A program made the translations under genes and the position numbers. DNA of 63,865 nt, counting the filler, from Candidatus Rokuibacteriota bacterium (lineage in GTDB: Bacteria > JAUVQV01 > DATDCY01): NCBI GenBank assembly GCA_031406795.1. It is 6 parts of 6 records of this genome, joined end to end, with 100 filler letters (N's around TTAATTAATTAA, not from the genome) between each part and the next. Parts side by side here need not be neighbours in the genome. Positions count along the whole stretch, not along the records: positions 62,260 to 63,865 come from JANOHV010000186.1; 5 more parts are not named here. One strand, given 5' to 3'. Shown in pieces: positions 63,306-63,865 of this stretch; the stretch's first letter is position 1, and every line of letters starts with the position of its first letter. The notes under the pieces were generated by a model. That model saw only the letters and a program-made list of their open reading frames with translations, did not search any database and was not told the DNA's origin.

Positions 63306-63865
63306 ATGGACCAACCCAACGGCAAATCCACTCCTCCCGGCACCCCGCCCGACCTTGAGATCAAGGACGCCCAGGTGATCTTCAAACCCATCTGGGAGGA
63401 CTTGGAGGCGCACTTCGGCCGCGAGCACCTCCGCTTCCCCAAGGAGATCATTCTCCTCGGTGGCGCGCCGGGCGCCGGCAAGGGCACGCAGACCGGCTTC
63501 ATCTCGCGCACCCGCGGCCTCACCTGCCCGCCCATCGTGATGAGCTCCCTGCTCGACACGCCGGAAATGAAGCGCGTGAAGGACTCCGGCCACATGATCG
63601 GCGACCGTGAGGTGCTCGCCGTCCTCCTCCGCCAGCTCCTCAAGCCCGAATACCGCGACGGCGCCATCCTCGACGGCTTCCCCCGCACCACGGTGCAGGT
63701 CGAGTGCCTGAAGATGCTTTATGAGAAAATGACGCAGCTGTGGCGCGAGTACTACGGCACGCCGCTCGCCATCCATTTCCGCCAGCCCGTCATCCAGATC
63801 GTCGGCCTCTTCATTGACGAGAAGGAGAGCGTGGCCCGCCAGCTCAAGCGCGGTCGTGAGACCAA
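63306..63865 (+). CDS. Adenylate kinase-like NMP kinase (3' truncated; absent from the ORF track)
   Basis: DLEIKDAQ...LLGGAPGAGKGT...ILDGFPRT. Confidence 0.88.
   Translation, partial: MDQPNGKSTPPGTPPDLEIKDAQVIFKPIWEDLEAHFGREHLRFPKEIILLGGAPGAGKGTQTGFISRTRGLTCPPIVMSSLLDTPEMKRVKDSGHMIGDREVLAVLLRQLLKPEYRDGAILDGFPRTTVQVECLKMLYEKMTQLWREYYGTPLAIHFRQPVIQIVGLFIDEKESVARQLKRGRET

Overview
This is not one locus. Six contigs (1-22678, 22779-48287, 48388-50170, 50271-60328, 60429-62159, 62260-63865) are joined by artificial 100-nt N/TTAATTAATTAA linkers, as in a concatenated MAG. Most of the DNA is GC-rich and looks like an anaerobe of Desulfobacterota/Nitrospirota/Methylomirabilota type (inference); contigs 3 and 6 look Verrucomicrobia-like. 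Contig 1 has core genes (spoVG, GAF-GGDEF, mtnA, NYN, rnr, tRNA-Leu, multiheme cytochrome c, Re-citrate synthase-like) followed by an accessory block (TA pair, diheme peroxidase-like protein, gluconate 2-dehydrogenase-like trio, type III PKS, radical SAM). Contig 2 is a mosaic of accessory genes, TA cassettes and gene remnants. Contig 4 holds a yceD-rpmF-plsX-fabH...fabD operon interrupted by acyl-CoA dehydrogenase-etfB-etfA. Best candidates for something undescribed: (1) four co-oriented groEL remnants, two internally deleted and from at least two copies, punctuating the cargo of contig 2; (2) several families of long structured palindromic repeats with conserved internal-loop motifs, including a REP pair and two ~210-bp hairpin repeats nested around a TA cassette; (3) a Bcd/ETF module inside the fatty-acid synthesis operon; (4) an MshEN-like domain fused to an adenylate cyclase. 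All family calls come from motif recognition by eye, with no database search.
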